From the NCBI GenBank assembly GCA_012842045.1, contig DUTP01000003.1:66532-130531 (forward strand): 64,000 nt of DNA. Reading direction: 5' to 3'. Positions within the stretch are counted from its first letter, which is position 1. Each line of letters opens with the position of its first letter. The translations under genes and the position numbers were made by a program. Positions 10,306 through 18,831 of this stretch are shown here, piece by piece. The notes beneath the pieces are model-generated. The model had not been told where the DNA came from. It saw only the letters and a program-made list of their open reading frames with translations, and ran no database searches. The DNA is from Candidatus Dojkabacteria bacterium (GTDB lineage: Bacteria; Patescibacteriota; Dojkabacteria; SC72).

Positions 10306-11052
10306 ATGGCTAAATCCAGATTTATACAGATTGAGAGTAAGAATGCCCTTTTGGAGCTTTTAAAAGAGGGTAGGGATTTTGATAGGATATATGCAGCTGG
10401 TAGTGCATTTAAAGATGAGAAGAGTAAAGAGATTTACAAACTCGCAGGACAAAGAGGTATTCCCATACTTAAAATTTCTAGAAAAGCAATTAATAGAAGA
10501 TTAAGATCTTCTTCAGCTGAAAGTATTGTTGGTATTATGTATTCTCAAAATAGTTGGACTTTGAGGGAATTACTAGAGAAGATATATGAAGAAAAGAAAC
10601 AACCATTCTTCTTAATACTTGACAATCTAAAATATTCTCAAAATATTGCTGCTATTATGAGAACTGCTTTTGCTGTAGGTGTGAATGGAATAATAGTTAA
10701 TCCTCAGAAGAAGAGCTTAATATCTGATGAGACAATTAGAATTTCAATGGGTGCTGCAGAGAGAGTACCTTTAGTAGAGATGAAGCTCTTTGAGGCTCTC
10801 AAAACCCTTAAAGAGAATGATATTAAGACATATGCTATACATATGGATGGTAAAAATTATTATGAAGAAGATTTGAGAGGACCAATTGCTTTTGTACTAG
10901 GTGCTGAGGATGTAGGTATATCTACAGGTATTCTTGAAAGAGTTGATGGAGCTCTATCTATACCAATGAGAGAAGGTATAGGGTCACTAAATGTAAGTGC
11001 AACAGCATCCATATTGACATATGAGAAACTAAGACAGGAAGTAACTGCTTAA
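10306..11052 (+). CDS. TrmH/SpoU family 23S rRNA methyltransferase (RlmB-like)
   Basis: NIAAIMRTA, VLGAEDVGI, IPMREGIGSLNVS SPOUT motifs. Confidence 0.9.
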   Translation: MAKSRFIQIESKNALLELLKEGRDFDRIYAAGSAFKDEKSKEIYKLAGQRGIPILKISRKAINRRLRSSSAESIVGIMYSQNSWTLRELLEKIYEEKKQPFFLILDNLKYSQNIAAIMRTAFAVGVNGIIVNPQKKSLISDETIRISMGAAERVPLVEMKLFEALKTLKENDIKTYAIHMDGKNYYEEDLRGPIAFVLGAEDVGISTGILERVDGALSIPMREGIGSLNVSATASILTYEKLRQEVTA

Positions 11053-11907
11053 TTACAACAACTTCTTCATTAAATCATCTAATTCTTCAACATTGTTGTA
11101 TCTAATAACTAGTTTACCTCCTTTTGTCATCTTCTGAATATGTGCTGAATATCCAAGCTTCTTACTTAATTGTTCAGAATATTTTGTAGTTTGAGCATCT
11201 GTAGTCTTCCATAACCTAGTTGTACTACCTTTACCATATGAAATCTTTCTTACTAGTTTCTCTGTCTCTCTAACACTCATACCTCTCTTTATAACTAAAT
11301 CTGCAGCTGCAATTAAAGATGTCTTATCCTTAATACCAAGTAATGCTCTAGCATGTCCCTCACTCAATCTCTCATTTAGAATATCTTCTTTAACAGATTC
11401 AGGAATATTAAGTAATCTAATTTTATTTGTAACAGCAACTCTACTTAGACCAATCTTGTTTGCAATCTCCTGTTGAGACATACCAAACTCATCTTGCATC
11501 TGCTTGTATGCATATGCCTCTTCTAGTGGATTTAAGTCCTGTCTTTGAACATTCTCAATTATTGCAATCTCTAACATCTCTTTGGGAGAACTGTCTTTGA
11601 TAACTACAGGAACTGTCTTAAGTCCTGCCAGTTGAGAAGCTCTTAATCTTCTCTCTCCTGCAATTAGGTAGTATCCTTCTCCATTTCTGTTCTTTGTGAT
11701 TATTAAAGGTTGGATAACTCCATGCTCACGAATGGAATCAGCTATCTCAATCAACTCTTCTGGATTTATATGCATTCTTGGTTGATATGGATTAGGAGCG
11801 ATATTTTCTATTTTGAAATTTGGTATATATGAACTACTCGTATTATCAATCTCGTTAGAACTGATTAATGCAGCTAATCCTTTACCCAATCTTTGTGTAT
11901 CACTCAT
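11053..11907 (-). CDS. parB: Chromosome partitioning protein ParB/Spo0J
   Basis: LGKGLAALI, PNPYQPR, IAGERRLRA, ENVQRQDLNPLEEA. Confidence 0.97.
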   Translation of the reverse strand: MSDTQRLGKGLAALISSNEIDNTSSSYIPNFKIENIAPNPYQPRMHINPEELIEIADSIREHGVIQPLIITKNRNGEGYYLIAGERRLRASQLAGLKTVPVVIKDSSPKEMLEIAIIENVQRQDLNPLEEAYAYKQMQDEFGMSQQEIANKIGLSRVAVTNKIRLLNIPESVKEDILNERLSEGHARALLGIKDKTSLIAAADLVIKRGMSVRETEKLVRKISYGKGSTTRLWKTTDAQTTKYSEQLSKKLGYSAHIQKMTKGGKLVIRYNNVEELDDLMKKLL

Positions 11908-11925
11908 TTTTTAAAATCACTTAAT

Positions 11926-12720
11926 TTAATCTTCGAATCTTTTTATAAATTCGTTGGCTAATTTGTTGTATGCCATTGCTCCTGTTGACTTGTCATCATA
12001 TTCGAAAATAGTTTTACCGTGTGAAGGTGCTTCAGATAGTCGTACATTTCGAGGTACTATTGATTTGAATGCAGCATCCTTAAAGAATTCTTTCACATCA
12101 TTAACAACATTCTCTGATAGTTTGGTTCTACTATCGTACATTGTGAGTACAATTCCTCCAATTGTAAGAGATGGGTTAACCCCTTTTATTAATTTCGTTG
12201 TTTCTATCAATTGTCCCAATCCTTCAAGTGCAAAGTATTCGCATTGTATTGGTATTATCAATTTTTGTGCAGCACTAAGTGCATTAATTGTAAGAAGTCC
12301 TAATGATGGAGGACAATCTATCAAAACATAATTAAATTCCTCGCTCATACTGTCTAGTGCTTTCTTAAGGAGTAGTTCCCTAGAAATCATATTTACCATC
12401 TCAATCTCTGCTCCAGCTAATGAAAGATGTGATGGTAGAAGAAAAAGATTTGGAGTTGATGTAGTTACAAAAACAGAAGAAATATTCTCTCCTCCAATTA
12501 AGACATCATATACACTCTTGTATGGAGCCTTATCTGTTGAATCCCAGCTTTGCTTATCAAACTGTTTAGTGAAACCCACACCAGAAGAAAGATTTGATTG
12601 AGGGTCTAGGTCTACAAGTAATACCTTCTTCTTTTTCCGAGCTAATGCCGCTCCTAAGTTCATTACTGTAGTTGTTTTCCCTACACCACCTTTTTGATTT
12701 GCAATTACAAATACCTGCAT
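11926..12720 (-). CDS. parA: Chromosome partitioning ATPase ParA/Soj
   Basis: NQKGGVGKTT, DLDPQSN, DCPPSLG, PRNVRLSEAPSHG. Confidence 0.97.
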   Translation of the reverse strand: MQVFVIANQKGGVGKTTTVMNLGAALARKKKKVLLVDLDPQSNLSSGVGFTKQFDKQSWDSTDKAPYKSVYDVLIGGENISSVFVTTSTPNLFLLPSHLSLAGAEIEMVNMISRELLLKKALDSMSEEFNYVLIDCPPSLGLLTINALSAAQKLIIPIQCEYFALEGLGQLIETTKLIKGVNPSLTIGGIVLTMYDSRTKLSENVVNDVKEFFKDAAFKSIVPRNVRLSEAPSHGKTIFEYDDKSTGAMAYNKLANEFIKRFED

Positions 12721-12752
12721 ATGTAAAGACTATCATGTTTCACACAAGAATT

Positions 12753-13364
12753 CTAGAACCCTTGATAAATCTCGTGCTTAACCAATCTAAAATTAGCAAA
12801 TGGATAGTAAACAATCCATGCTTTTCCTTTAATATCTTTCTCATCTATTGGTCCAAAAGCTCTAGAGTCAGAACTATGTGGCCTGTTATCACCACATACG
12901 AAATATCTACCCTCTGGAACTGTCACTTGTTCTCCTTCAGTTAAATATTGTCCACCGTTTGTGTATACACTACTTTGAAGATAGTGACTCTCATCAAGTA
13001 AGGTACTGTTAATGTAAAGTTTACCATCTTTTAACATAACAGTATCTCCAGGTAAACCTATTATTCTTTTTATGAAATCTTGAGTTTCTGAATACTTAAA
13101 GATAATGACATCTCCTCTCTTAGGTTTTCCTACTTTATACGTAATTTTATTTGCCATTAACATCTCACCATTTTGATATGTAGGATGCATAGATTGTCCT
13201 ACAACCTCATGAGGTGTCATTACAAAGAGATAGATAACAACAGAGATAACTAGTGCAACAACAATTGTCTCTACAAAAGATAGAATGAACTTACCAACAG
13301 ATCCTAAAGCTGAAGCTATTTTCTCTTGTGGTGTTAGTTCCTTTTCTGGTTCTTGCTCGTACAT
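12753..13364 (-). CDS. lepB: Signal peptidase I
   Basis: GQSMHPT catalytic Ser, FIKRIIGLPGD catalytic Lys, GDNRPHSSDSR. Confidence 0.96.
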   Translation of the reverse strand: MYEQEPEKELTPQEKIASALGSVGKFILSFVETIVVALVISVVIYLFVMTPHEVVGQSMHPTYQNGEMLMANKITYKVGKPKRGDVIIFKYSETQDFIKRIIGLPGDTVMLKDGKLYINSTLLDESHYLQSSVYTNGGQYLTEGEQVTVPEGRYFVCGDNRPHSSDSRAFGPIDEKDIKGKAWIVYYPFANFRLVKHEIYQGF

Positions 13365-13429
13365 AAATATGGACAGATAAAATATTTAGTTACTGTATAC
13401 AGTTTATTGAATACCACTATCTTTGTCAA

Positions 13430-14113
13430 TTACTTATCATTTGTAATATCTCCACTTTCATCTAAGGATATTTTTTCACCTAGAAAGGTTGGTTCAGGTC
13501 TTAAGATAACTTTGAAAAAGTCTTTACCTTGAGCAAAAACTTCCCTAGTTAGTCTTGCACGATGTCCACCCATAATGGTTTTAGTTGCATTGGCACCAAC
13601 AACATCCATACCTAAATTTTTACCAATATATACAGCTCTGTAAAGATGATATTTTTGTGATACTACAACTAATTTTTGAACACCAAAGATATACTGAGCT
13701 CTATACATACTCTCATATGTTGAAAAACCTGCATGATCCATAAAGATATCTTCTGAGGGAACACCTTTTTCAATGGCATATTCTTTCATAATGTTTACCT
13801 CATCGTAGTATTCCTGACCATGGTCACCACTCATAATAATTTTAGGTGCAATATCGTTTTCGTAGAGATATATACCTGTATCTAATCTTTCTTTTAGAAT
13901 TGGAGTAGGGTAGTTATTTCTAATACCGCTTCCTAATATTAATATTGCATCATAGCTTCCATCTTCTAATACATTGATACTTTGTTCATTGAATATATGT
14001 TTTTCACTACTTTTCCTAACAAATATATTAATACCGCCAAGTAATATATTTGGTATTAACAAAAGTATGAGGATTAGATAGAGAACTTTTCTTTTAGTTT
14101 TAAAAAGATTCAT
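13430..14113 (-). CDS. SanA/YdcF (DUF218) family protein
   Basis: ILILGSG, IIMSGD, DHAGFSTYES, SQKYHLYRA. Confidence 0.9.
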   Translation of the reverse strand: MNLFKTKRKVLYLILILLLIPNILLGGINIFVRKSSEKHIFNEQSINVLEDGSYDAILILGSGIRNNYPTPILKERLDTGIYLYENDIAPKIIMSGDHGQEYYDEVNIMKEYAIEKGVPSEDIFMDHAGFSTYESMYRAQYIFGVQKLVVVSQKYHLYRAVYIGKNLGMDVVGANATKTIMGGHRARLTREVFAQGKDFFKVILRPEPTFLGEKISLDESGDITNDK

Positions 14114-14118
14114 AAAAA

Positions 14119-14194
14119 TGGTACCGCTACGGGGAATCGAACCCCGGTTTACAGGATGAAAACCTGTTGTCCTAGACCACTAGACGATAGCGGC
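14119..14194 (-). tRNA. tRNA-Glu(TTC)
   Basis: Reverse complement GCCGCTA...TAGCGGT-A-CCA; anticodon arm ACAGG-TTTTCAT-CCTGT. Confidence 0.96.
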
Positions 14195-14240
14195 ATAATG
14201 TTGTTATTTTACTATATAAAAAGCCTTTTGTGAAGCCTAA

Positions 14241-14477
14241 CTACTCACCTTTAGCTATTTGACTTAATATTTGCTGTTCTTCTGCAAATGTTGCTCTCTT
14301 AAAAGCAGCTAATTCTTTCTCATATACATATCTTCTCTTACACTTACATTCAACCATAATTCTATTATCAGACAGGTTTCCTAACTTCCTTGCTTTAGTA
14401 AGAGGATGTGTACATCCAACACATAGCTTTCTTTCTAGCAACACTTCTTGGAACGGTCTTATTATTTTCTTAAACAT
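14241..14477 (-). CDS. Small Zn-ribbon-like hypothetical protein
   Basis: CVGC and ECKC cysteine pairs; TGGTAGAAT 8 nt upstream of ATG. Confidence 0.65.
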   Translation of the reverse strand: MFKKIIRPFQEVLLERKLCVGCTHPLTKARKLGNLSDNRIMVECKCKRRYVYEKELAAFKRATFAEEQQILSQIAKGE

Positions 14478-14567
14478 ACTTGGTTATTCTACCATATTTT
14501 TAAAATTAAGAATGTACTTATAGTGTTTTAATGATTAGATGTTCCATTGTTAAGACCTATAATGAAA

Positions 14568-14621
14568 TGGTATAATATATATGTAGACATATGTCTATGC
14601 TCCTTGTCCTAAGAAAGGAGG
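14568..14621 (+). promoter_or_regulatory. Extended -10 promoter, 5' hairpin, boxA-like motif and SD of orphan cassette 1
   Basis: TGGTATAAT 14568-14576; palindrome TAGACATATGTCTA 14584-14597; TGCTCCTTG from 14598; AGGAGG 14616-14621. Confidence 0.6.
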
Positions 14622-14624
14622 AAA

Positions 14625-14996
14625 ATGGCAGAACAAATTAATTTACTGAAAGCCTTCGAAGTTATCGAAGACCAAAAAGTGGGTCTATATCGACTTATAA
14701 AAGTCAATTATAGAAACCAATATATAGAGCAATTAGTTGTGGGAGCATTATTTTGGGCCTATCTAGCTCAGGAAGAAGAGCATCTAACTTCTGAGAAATT
14801 CTTAGAGATAGGGGAAAGAGAGTTAAAGAATTTCTCTGCTTCTGATAGGCTAGAAGTGCTCATTATTCTCAAAACCTTTTGGGAGAGGACTGTCTTTTTT
14901 GATGAGTTCCTTAAAAAATACCAAGATAGGTTTGTTGGAGAAGAAGTAAAAATAAAAATAAGAAGACCACCTAGGACAAGGATAAAGCACTACTAA
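14625..14996 (+). CDS. Orphan hypothetical protein (SD-led)
   Basis: 123-aa ORF with AAAGGAGG SD; no family recognised. Confidence 0.65.
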   Translation: MAEQINLLKAFEVIEDQKVGLYRLIKVNYRNQYIEQLVVGALFWAYLAQEEEHLTSEKFLEIGERELKNFSASDRLEVLIILKTFWERTVFFDEFLKKYQDRFVGEEVKIKIRRPPRTRIKHY

Positions 14997-15046
14997 GAGG
15001 TAAGATAGTATGCATATATGCATAGTTTCTATTTACCAAAACCTCT
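14996..15046 (+). terminator. Long hairpin after orphan cassette 1
   Basis: AGAGGT/ACCTCT, GGTAAGATAG/CTATTTACC and inner palindrome TATGCATATATGCATA; T-rich run shortly downstream. Confidence 0.5.
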
Positions 15047-15118
15047 ATGTGGTGCTTTTTTCTTTTATGAATGATATAATCCGATAGTGATAAATATATT
15101 ATTTTAATAACTATTGAG

Positions 15119-15673
15119 ATGGACAAAGACCCTATTTTATCTGTATATCCATTACTTGCAGAAACTATCCAAGATGGGTTAAATAGAACAAGGATTGGTG
15201 AAAAGGTTTTAATTGAACATTCATATGAAGACAAAAGATTTCTACTTCATCTAACTCCAGAATTAAGAGAAGTCTTGTTTTTTAAAGCGGAAAGAGATCA
15301 TCTACAAGATTTAATACTTAGAGGATTGAGAATAACAGAAGGAAAAGGTTTACAGGGCATACCAACGAAATCATTACTTCATGGCTATGAAGATAATAGA
15401 ACAACAGCAGAAAAAACTAAGAATTTACGTAATGGTAAAGGGAGAATTACAGAAGGAATTCAGCAACTAATATTGTTGACAGAAGATTTTGGAGGTCCTT
15501 CCCAATTATGTTTAGGTAATTGGATGAGTATTGTACTACCAGAAGGTCTTGATATAGAGAGACAAGATGGCAGTATTTATACTGATTCAGAATTTATAAC
15601 AGAATTAGTTGTAAATGGTTTAAAAGTTACAGATATTGAGAAAAATGCAGAGGAGATGACCCCGAACTTGTAA
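15119..15673 (+). CDS. Hypothetical protein, paralogous to 15726..16241
   Basis: 184-aa ORF; shares SIVLPEGL...TDSE...GLKV pattern with the next gene. Confidence 0.6.
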   Translation: MDKDPILSVYPLLAETIQDGLNRTRIGEKVLIEHSYEDKRFLLHLTPELREVLFFKAERDHLQDLILRGLRITEGKGLQGIPTKSLLHGYEDNRTTAEKTKNLRNGKGRITEGIQQLILLTEDFGGPSQLCLGNWMSIVLPEGLDIERQDGSIYTDSEFITELVVNGLKVTDIEKNAEEMTPNL

Positions 15674-15725
15674 GAGTTTAAGGTATTATTTTTTTATTAG
15701 AATTTAAATAGATATTATATTAAAT

Positions 15726-16241
15726 ATGGAAAAAACAGAAATAGAACAAAAAAGACGTAAATCAGAGAGAATTAATGAAATAGATCAAAAAATCAGTAGT
15801 ACTTTAGTATTATTAAAAACAGGTACACTTAAAGAAGATTATCATTTAATTATAGATATTCGTTCTCAATATCTTTCTCTCTTAATTCCTCGAACACTAA
15901 CAAAGAAACATATTTCTAGGTTAAGTGAAATAATCTACGAAGGTTTTCAAACTTTTGAGTTAAATCCATCTGATTTAGGAACAAAGATACCTCTTAATTC
16001 TGTTCTTAAAACAGGAGAGGATATTCCATTGATAGATGCTTTAGATTTGGGTATTGAAACAGCAAATAGATTAGAGCAAGAGATGTTTTTGATTACACAT
16101 GAAGGAGAAGAATCTTTTGTTATCCCAACTGGTCTTAAAGGTGGAGTAGATAGGGAGAATACTGATTCTGATACTTTGATTCTAATAGATGCAATAGATA
16201 AAGGTTTAAAGGTACACAGATATCTTCCAGAGAGTGAATAA
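15726..16241 (+). CDS. Hypothetical protein, paralogous to 15119..15673
   Basis: 171-aa ORF; SFVIPTGL...TDSD...GLKV. Confidence 0.6.
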   Translation: MEKTEIEQKRRKSERINEIDQKISSTLVLLKTGTLKEDYHLIIDIRSQYLSLLIPRTLTKKHISRLSEIIYEGFQTFELNPSDLGTKIPLNSVLKTGEDIPLIDALDLGIETANRLEQEMFLITHEGEESFVIPTGLKGGVDRENTDSDTLILIDAIDKGLKVHRYLPESE

Positions 16242-16248
16242 TGAAAAG

Positions 16249-16332
16249 TGCCGAGGAGAGGACTCGAACCTCCAAGGGTTTTACCCCATATGCTCCTAAG
16301 GCATACGTGTCTGCCAGTTTCACCACCTCGGC
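16249..16332 (-). tRNA. tRNA-Leu(TAG)
   Basis: Reverse complement GCCGAGG...CCTCGGC-A; anticodon arm TATGC-CTTAGGA-GCATA; long variable arm; no encoded CCA. Confidence 0.96.
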
Positions 16333-16412
16333 TTGGTATGATGTATTTTACTAAAAATCCTTACTTTTTAACAGTACTAGTCTCAATATATCAAAAAATG
16401 GTATAATATAGT

Positions 16413-17162
16413 ATGAGAACACTAGTAGAAAGTATCTCCCCAGAAGCAATTTCAGCATATAACGACCATATTCAATCTCAAAAACCAGAAGACCAAGGAA
16501 GGCAATATAGTTTTGAGAAATTAGGTATAAAAGATTGGACAATTGTAGAGTTAGATGCAGATGATGTTCTACAACTCCAATCATTTGTTGAATCTTCTCA
16601 GACAGTTGCTCCAGCATATATATTTTGGAAGATGTGCGGAAGGAATGTGACATTAGAGGATGTGTCAAAAGAAGTGATTGAAAATGAAGAAAACATTCCT
16701 GATGAAGCAAGAGACTGGGTTCATGGAATATTAGAATCAAAATATGATAGAGATGAAGTAGAAAAGAAGATTAAAGATGGATTAATAGATCCTCCATTAA
16801 TTTTTTATCCTATCTCAAAAGATGAAGAACTACTTTTAGACAAAGGGTTACTTAAGGTAGGTAATATTCTTGATGGGAATCATAGATTACAGGAAGTGGC
16901 TAGATATCTTCTGGAATGTAGTGATGAGGAGAGAGAAAACTTCAAACTGACAGCATTCTTAGGTAAGGTAGATGTAATGAAGTATGCAACTATAAATGCT
17001 GTATATTTTGCAAAACCAACTGTAAAGAAAGCTAGAAGTTTCTTAGAAAAGTTAATAGGAAAAGAAGAAACAGAAAAGATTAGAGGTAAACACTTTATGA
17101 CTTTCTGGGAAAGATGGTATCTTTTGTTACAAAGAATTGGGTATTTTAAAGATAAAGTCTAA
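16413..17162 (+). CDS. Hypothetical protein with ParB/Srx-like motif
   Basis: DPPLIF...ILDGNHRL motif; TGGTATAAT 5 nt upstream of ATG. Confidence 0.55.
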   Translation: MRTLVESISPEAISAYNDHIQSQKPEDQGRQYSFEKLGIKDWTIVELDADDVLQLQSFVESSQTVAPAYIFWKMCGRNVTLEDVSKEVIENEENIPDEARDWVHGILESKYDRDEVEKKIKDGLIDPPLIFYPISKDEELLLDKGLLKVGNILDGNHRLQEVARYLLECSDEERENFKLTAFLGKVDVMKYATINAVYFAKPTVKKARSFLEKLIGKEETEKIRGKHFMTFWERWYLLLQRIGYFKDKV

Positions 17163-17305
17163 CTCTCTCCTCCAACATCTCCTGCCCAATACACTTTAAC
17201 ATGTCTATTCTCTGTATGCTCAGCACTCTTTAGTACTTCTTCCTGTGTCATGCATTTACCAGGTATATCTTTTCTAACATCTTTTAATTTAATATGTTTT
17301 TTCAT
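17159..17305 (-). CDS. 48-aa protein resembling the C-terminal half of GatC (not in ORF track)
   Basis: MKKHIKLKDVRKDIPGKCMTQEEVLKSAEHTENRHVKVYWAGDVGGES; ATG overlaps the gatB TGA (ATGA); resembles the GatC R-E-D...EEvL.nA......fkV pattern. Confidence 0.65.
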   Translation of the reverse strand: MKKHIKLKDVRKDIPGKCMTQEEVLKSAEHTENRHVKVYWAGDVGGES

Positions 17306-18804
17306 TTCTTTAATTCTTTCTCTAAAGTAATCTTTACCTCTGCTGGATTAGCTGTACCATGTGTTAATTGCATAACCTTACCAACTAAGAAACCAATACT
17401 TGCTTCCTTACCACCTCTGTAGTCATTAGCAGCTTGTGGATTTTCATCAATAACTTGCTTTGCAATATCTTCTAGACTTCCAACAGACTCCTTAGCACTT
17501 TTAAGTTTCTCAATCGCTTTTGATATATCAATATCTTTCTCAATACTCTCATTAAGTAATTCCTCTGCTTTGTTCTTTGTAAATACACCTTCTCTAAAAG
17601 CAACGATTAGTAAAGCTAAATCATCTCCTTTAACACCTGTTTCTGTAATATCTTTACCTTTCTTGTTTGCAATTGCATATAGTGGACCCATTATCCAATT
17701 TGAAGCCTCTGTAGCTGCATCTTTATCATCCATATGATCTGAGAGTTTCTTCTGGAGCTTCTCAAAATATTCGGCACTCTCTTTTGATGAAGCGATAACA
17801 TCAGCAGCATACTCTGTTAGTTTCCAATCTTTTACATACCTCTCTATCTTCTCATTTGGTAATTCAACTAACTCTTTTTTGATCCTTTCAATATCTTCCT
17901 TAGATACATCAATTATTGGAATATCTGGATCTGGCATATATCGATAGTCTTCAGCTTTTTCTTTACTTCTTTGGAACTCTGTAACACCTCTAGAAGCATT
18001 CCACCCTCTTGTCTGTTGTTTCAATTCTTTACCTTCTTCTAACTCTTCAACCATTCTCTTTACTTCATACTCAATTGCTTTCTCTACTGCTGTAATTGAA
18101 CCAATGTTCTTTACTTCTGTTTTAGGATTTAGTTTGTAGACACCAATTGCTAGTATCTTGCCATCTTTGTATTCCCATTTACCTTTCTCTTGGATTGAGA
18201 TATTTGGTTCACATCTCATCTGCCCCTTCTCCATATCAGCATCGGAGACGTTTAGGTATCTAGCAATCTGTCTAATCTTAGTAGCATAGTCTTTAGCATC
18301 TTTAGCACTTCTAATATTTGGTTTTGTAACAATCTCCATTAAAGGAACACTTGATTTGTTGAAATCTACTAACATATATGTTTTACCAGTAGAAGCTTCT
18401 ACATGATGTGTAGATTTACCAACATCTTCTTCTGGATGTATTCTCTCTATCTCAACCTTTGCACCACTAGGTACTTCTACATATCCATTTGAACACAAAG
18501 GATTCTCTCCTTGCGTAATTTGATATCCTTTAGGTAGGTCAGGGTAGGTGTAATGCTTTCTATCAAACTGTATCTCAGAAGCAATCTTACAATTTGTTCC
18601 TAAACCCATAAGGATGCAGAGCTCTAGTGCTCTTTGATTTGGTTCAGGAGTACCACCAAGTCCTAAACACATAGGACATACTTGTGTATTTGGTTCTTTC
18701 TGAAAGTATTCAGCAGGACATGAACAGAACATCTTAGACTTAGTTTTAGTCTGTACATGTATCTCTAAACCAATGATTACATCATATTTATCTAAATTTG
18801 CCAT
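17302..18804 (-). CDS. gatB: Asp/Glu-tRNA amidotransferase subunit B
   Basis: IGLEIHVQ, FDRKHYTYPDLPKGYQITQ, MRCEPNIS, EVKN, DYRYMPDPD; C-terminal YqeY domain. Confidence 0.97.
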   Translation of the reverse strand: MANLDKYDVIIGLEIHVQTKTKSKMFCSCPAEYFQKEPNTQVCPMCLGLGGTPEPNQRALELCILMGLGTNCKIASEIQFDRKHYTYPDLPKGYQITQGENPLCSNGYVEVPSGAKVEIERIHPEEDVGKSTHHVEASTGKTYMLVDFNKSSVPLMEIVTKPNIRSAKDAKDYATKIRQIARYLNVSDADMEKGQMRCEPNISIQEKGKWEYKDGKILAIGVYKLNPKTEVKNIGSITAVEKAIEYEVKRMVEELEEGKELKQQTRGWNASRGVTEFQRSKEKAEDYRYMPDPDIPIIDVSKEDIERIKKELVELPNEKIERYVKDWKLTEYAADVIASSKESAEYFEKLQKKLSDHMDDKDAATEASNWIMGPLYAIANKKGKDITETGVKGDDLALLIVAFREGVFTKNKAEELLNESIEKDIDISKAIEKLKSAKESVGSLEDIAKQVIDENPQAANDYRGGKEASIGFLVGKVMQLTHGTANPAEVKITLEKELKK

Positions 18805-18831
18805 GTGGAAATACTACCAGTTTTTTCTAAA

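Noticed and set aside
12736-12751. Possible parS site (TGTTTCAC) just upstream of parA
   Set aside because: Only half of TGTTTCACGTGAAACA matches and the site is not palindromic.
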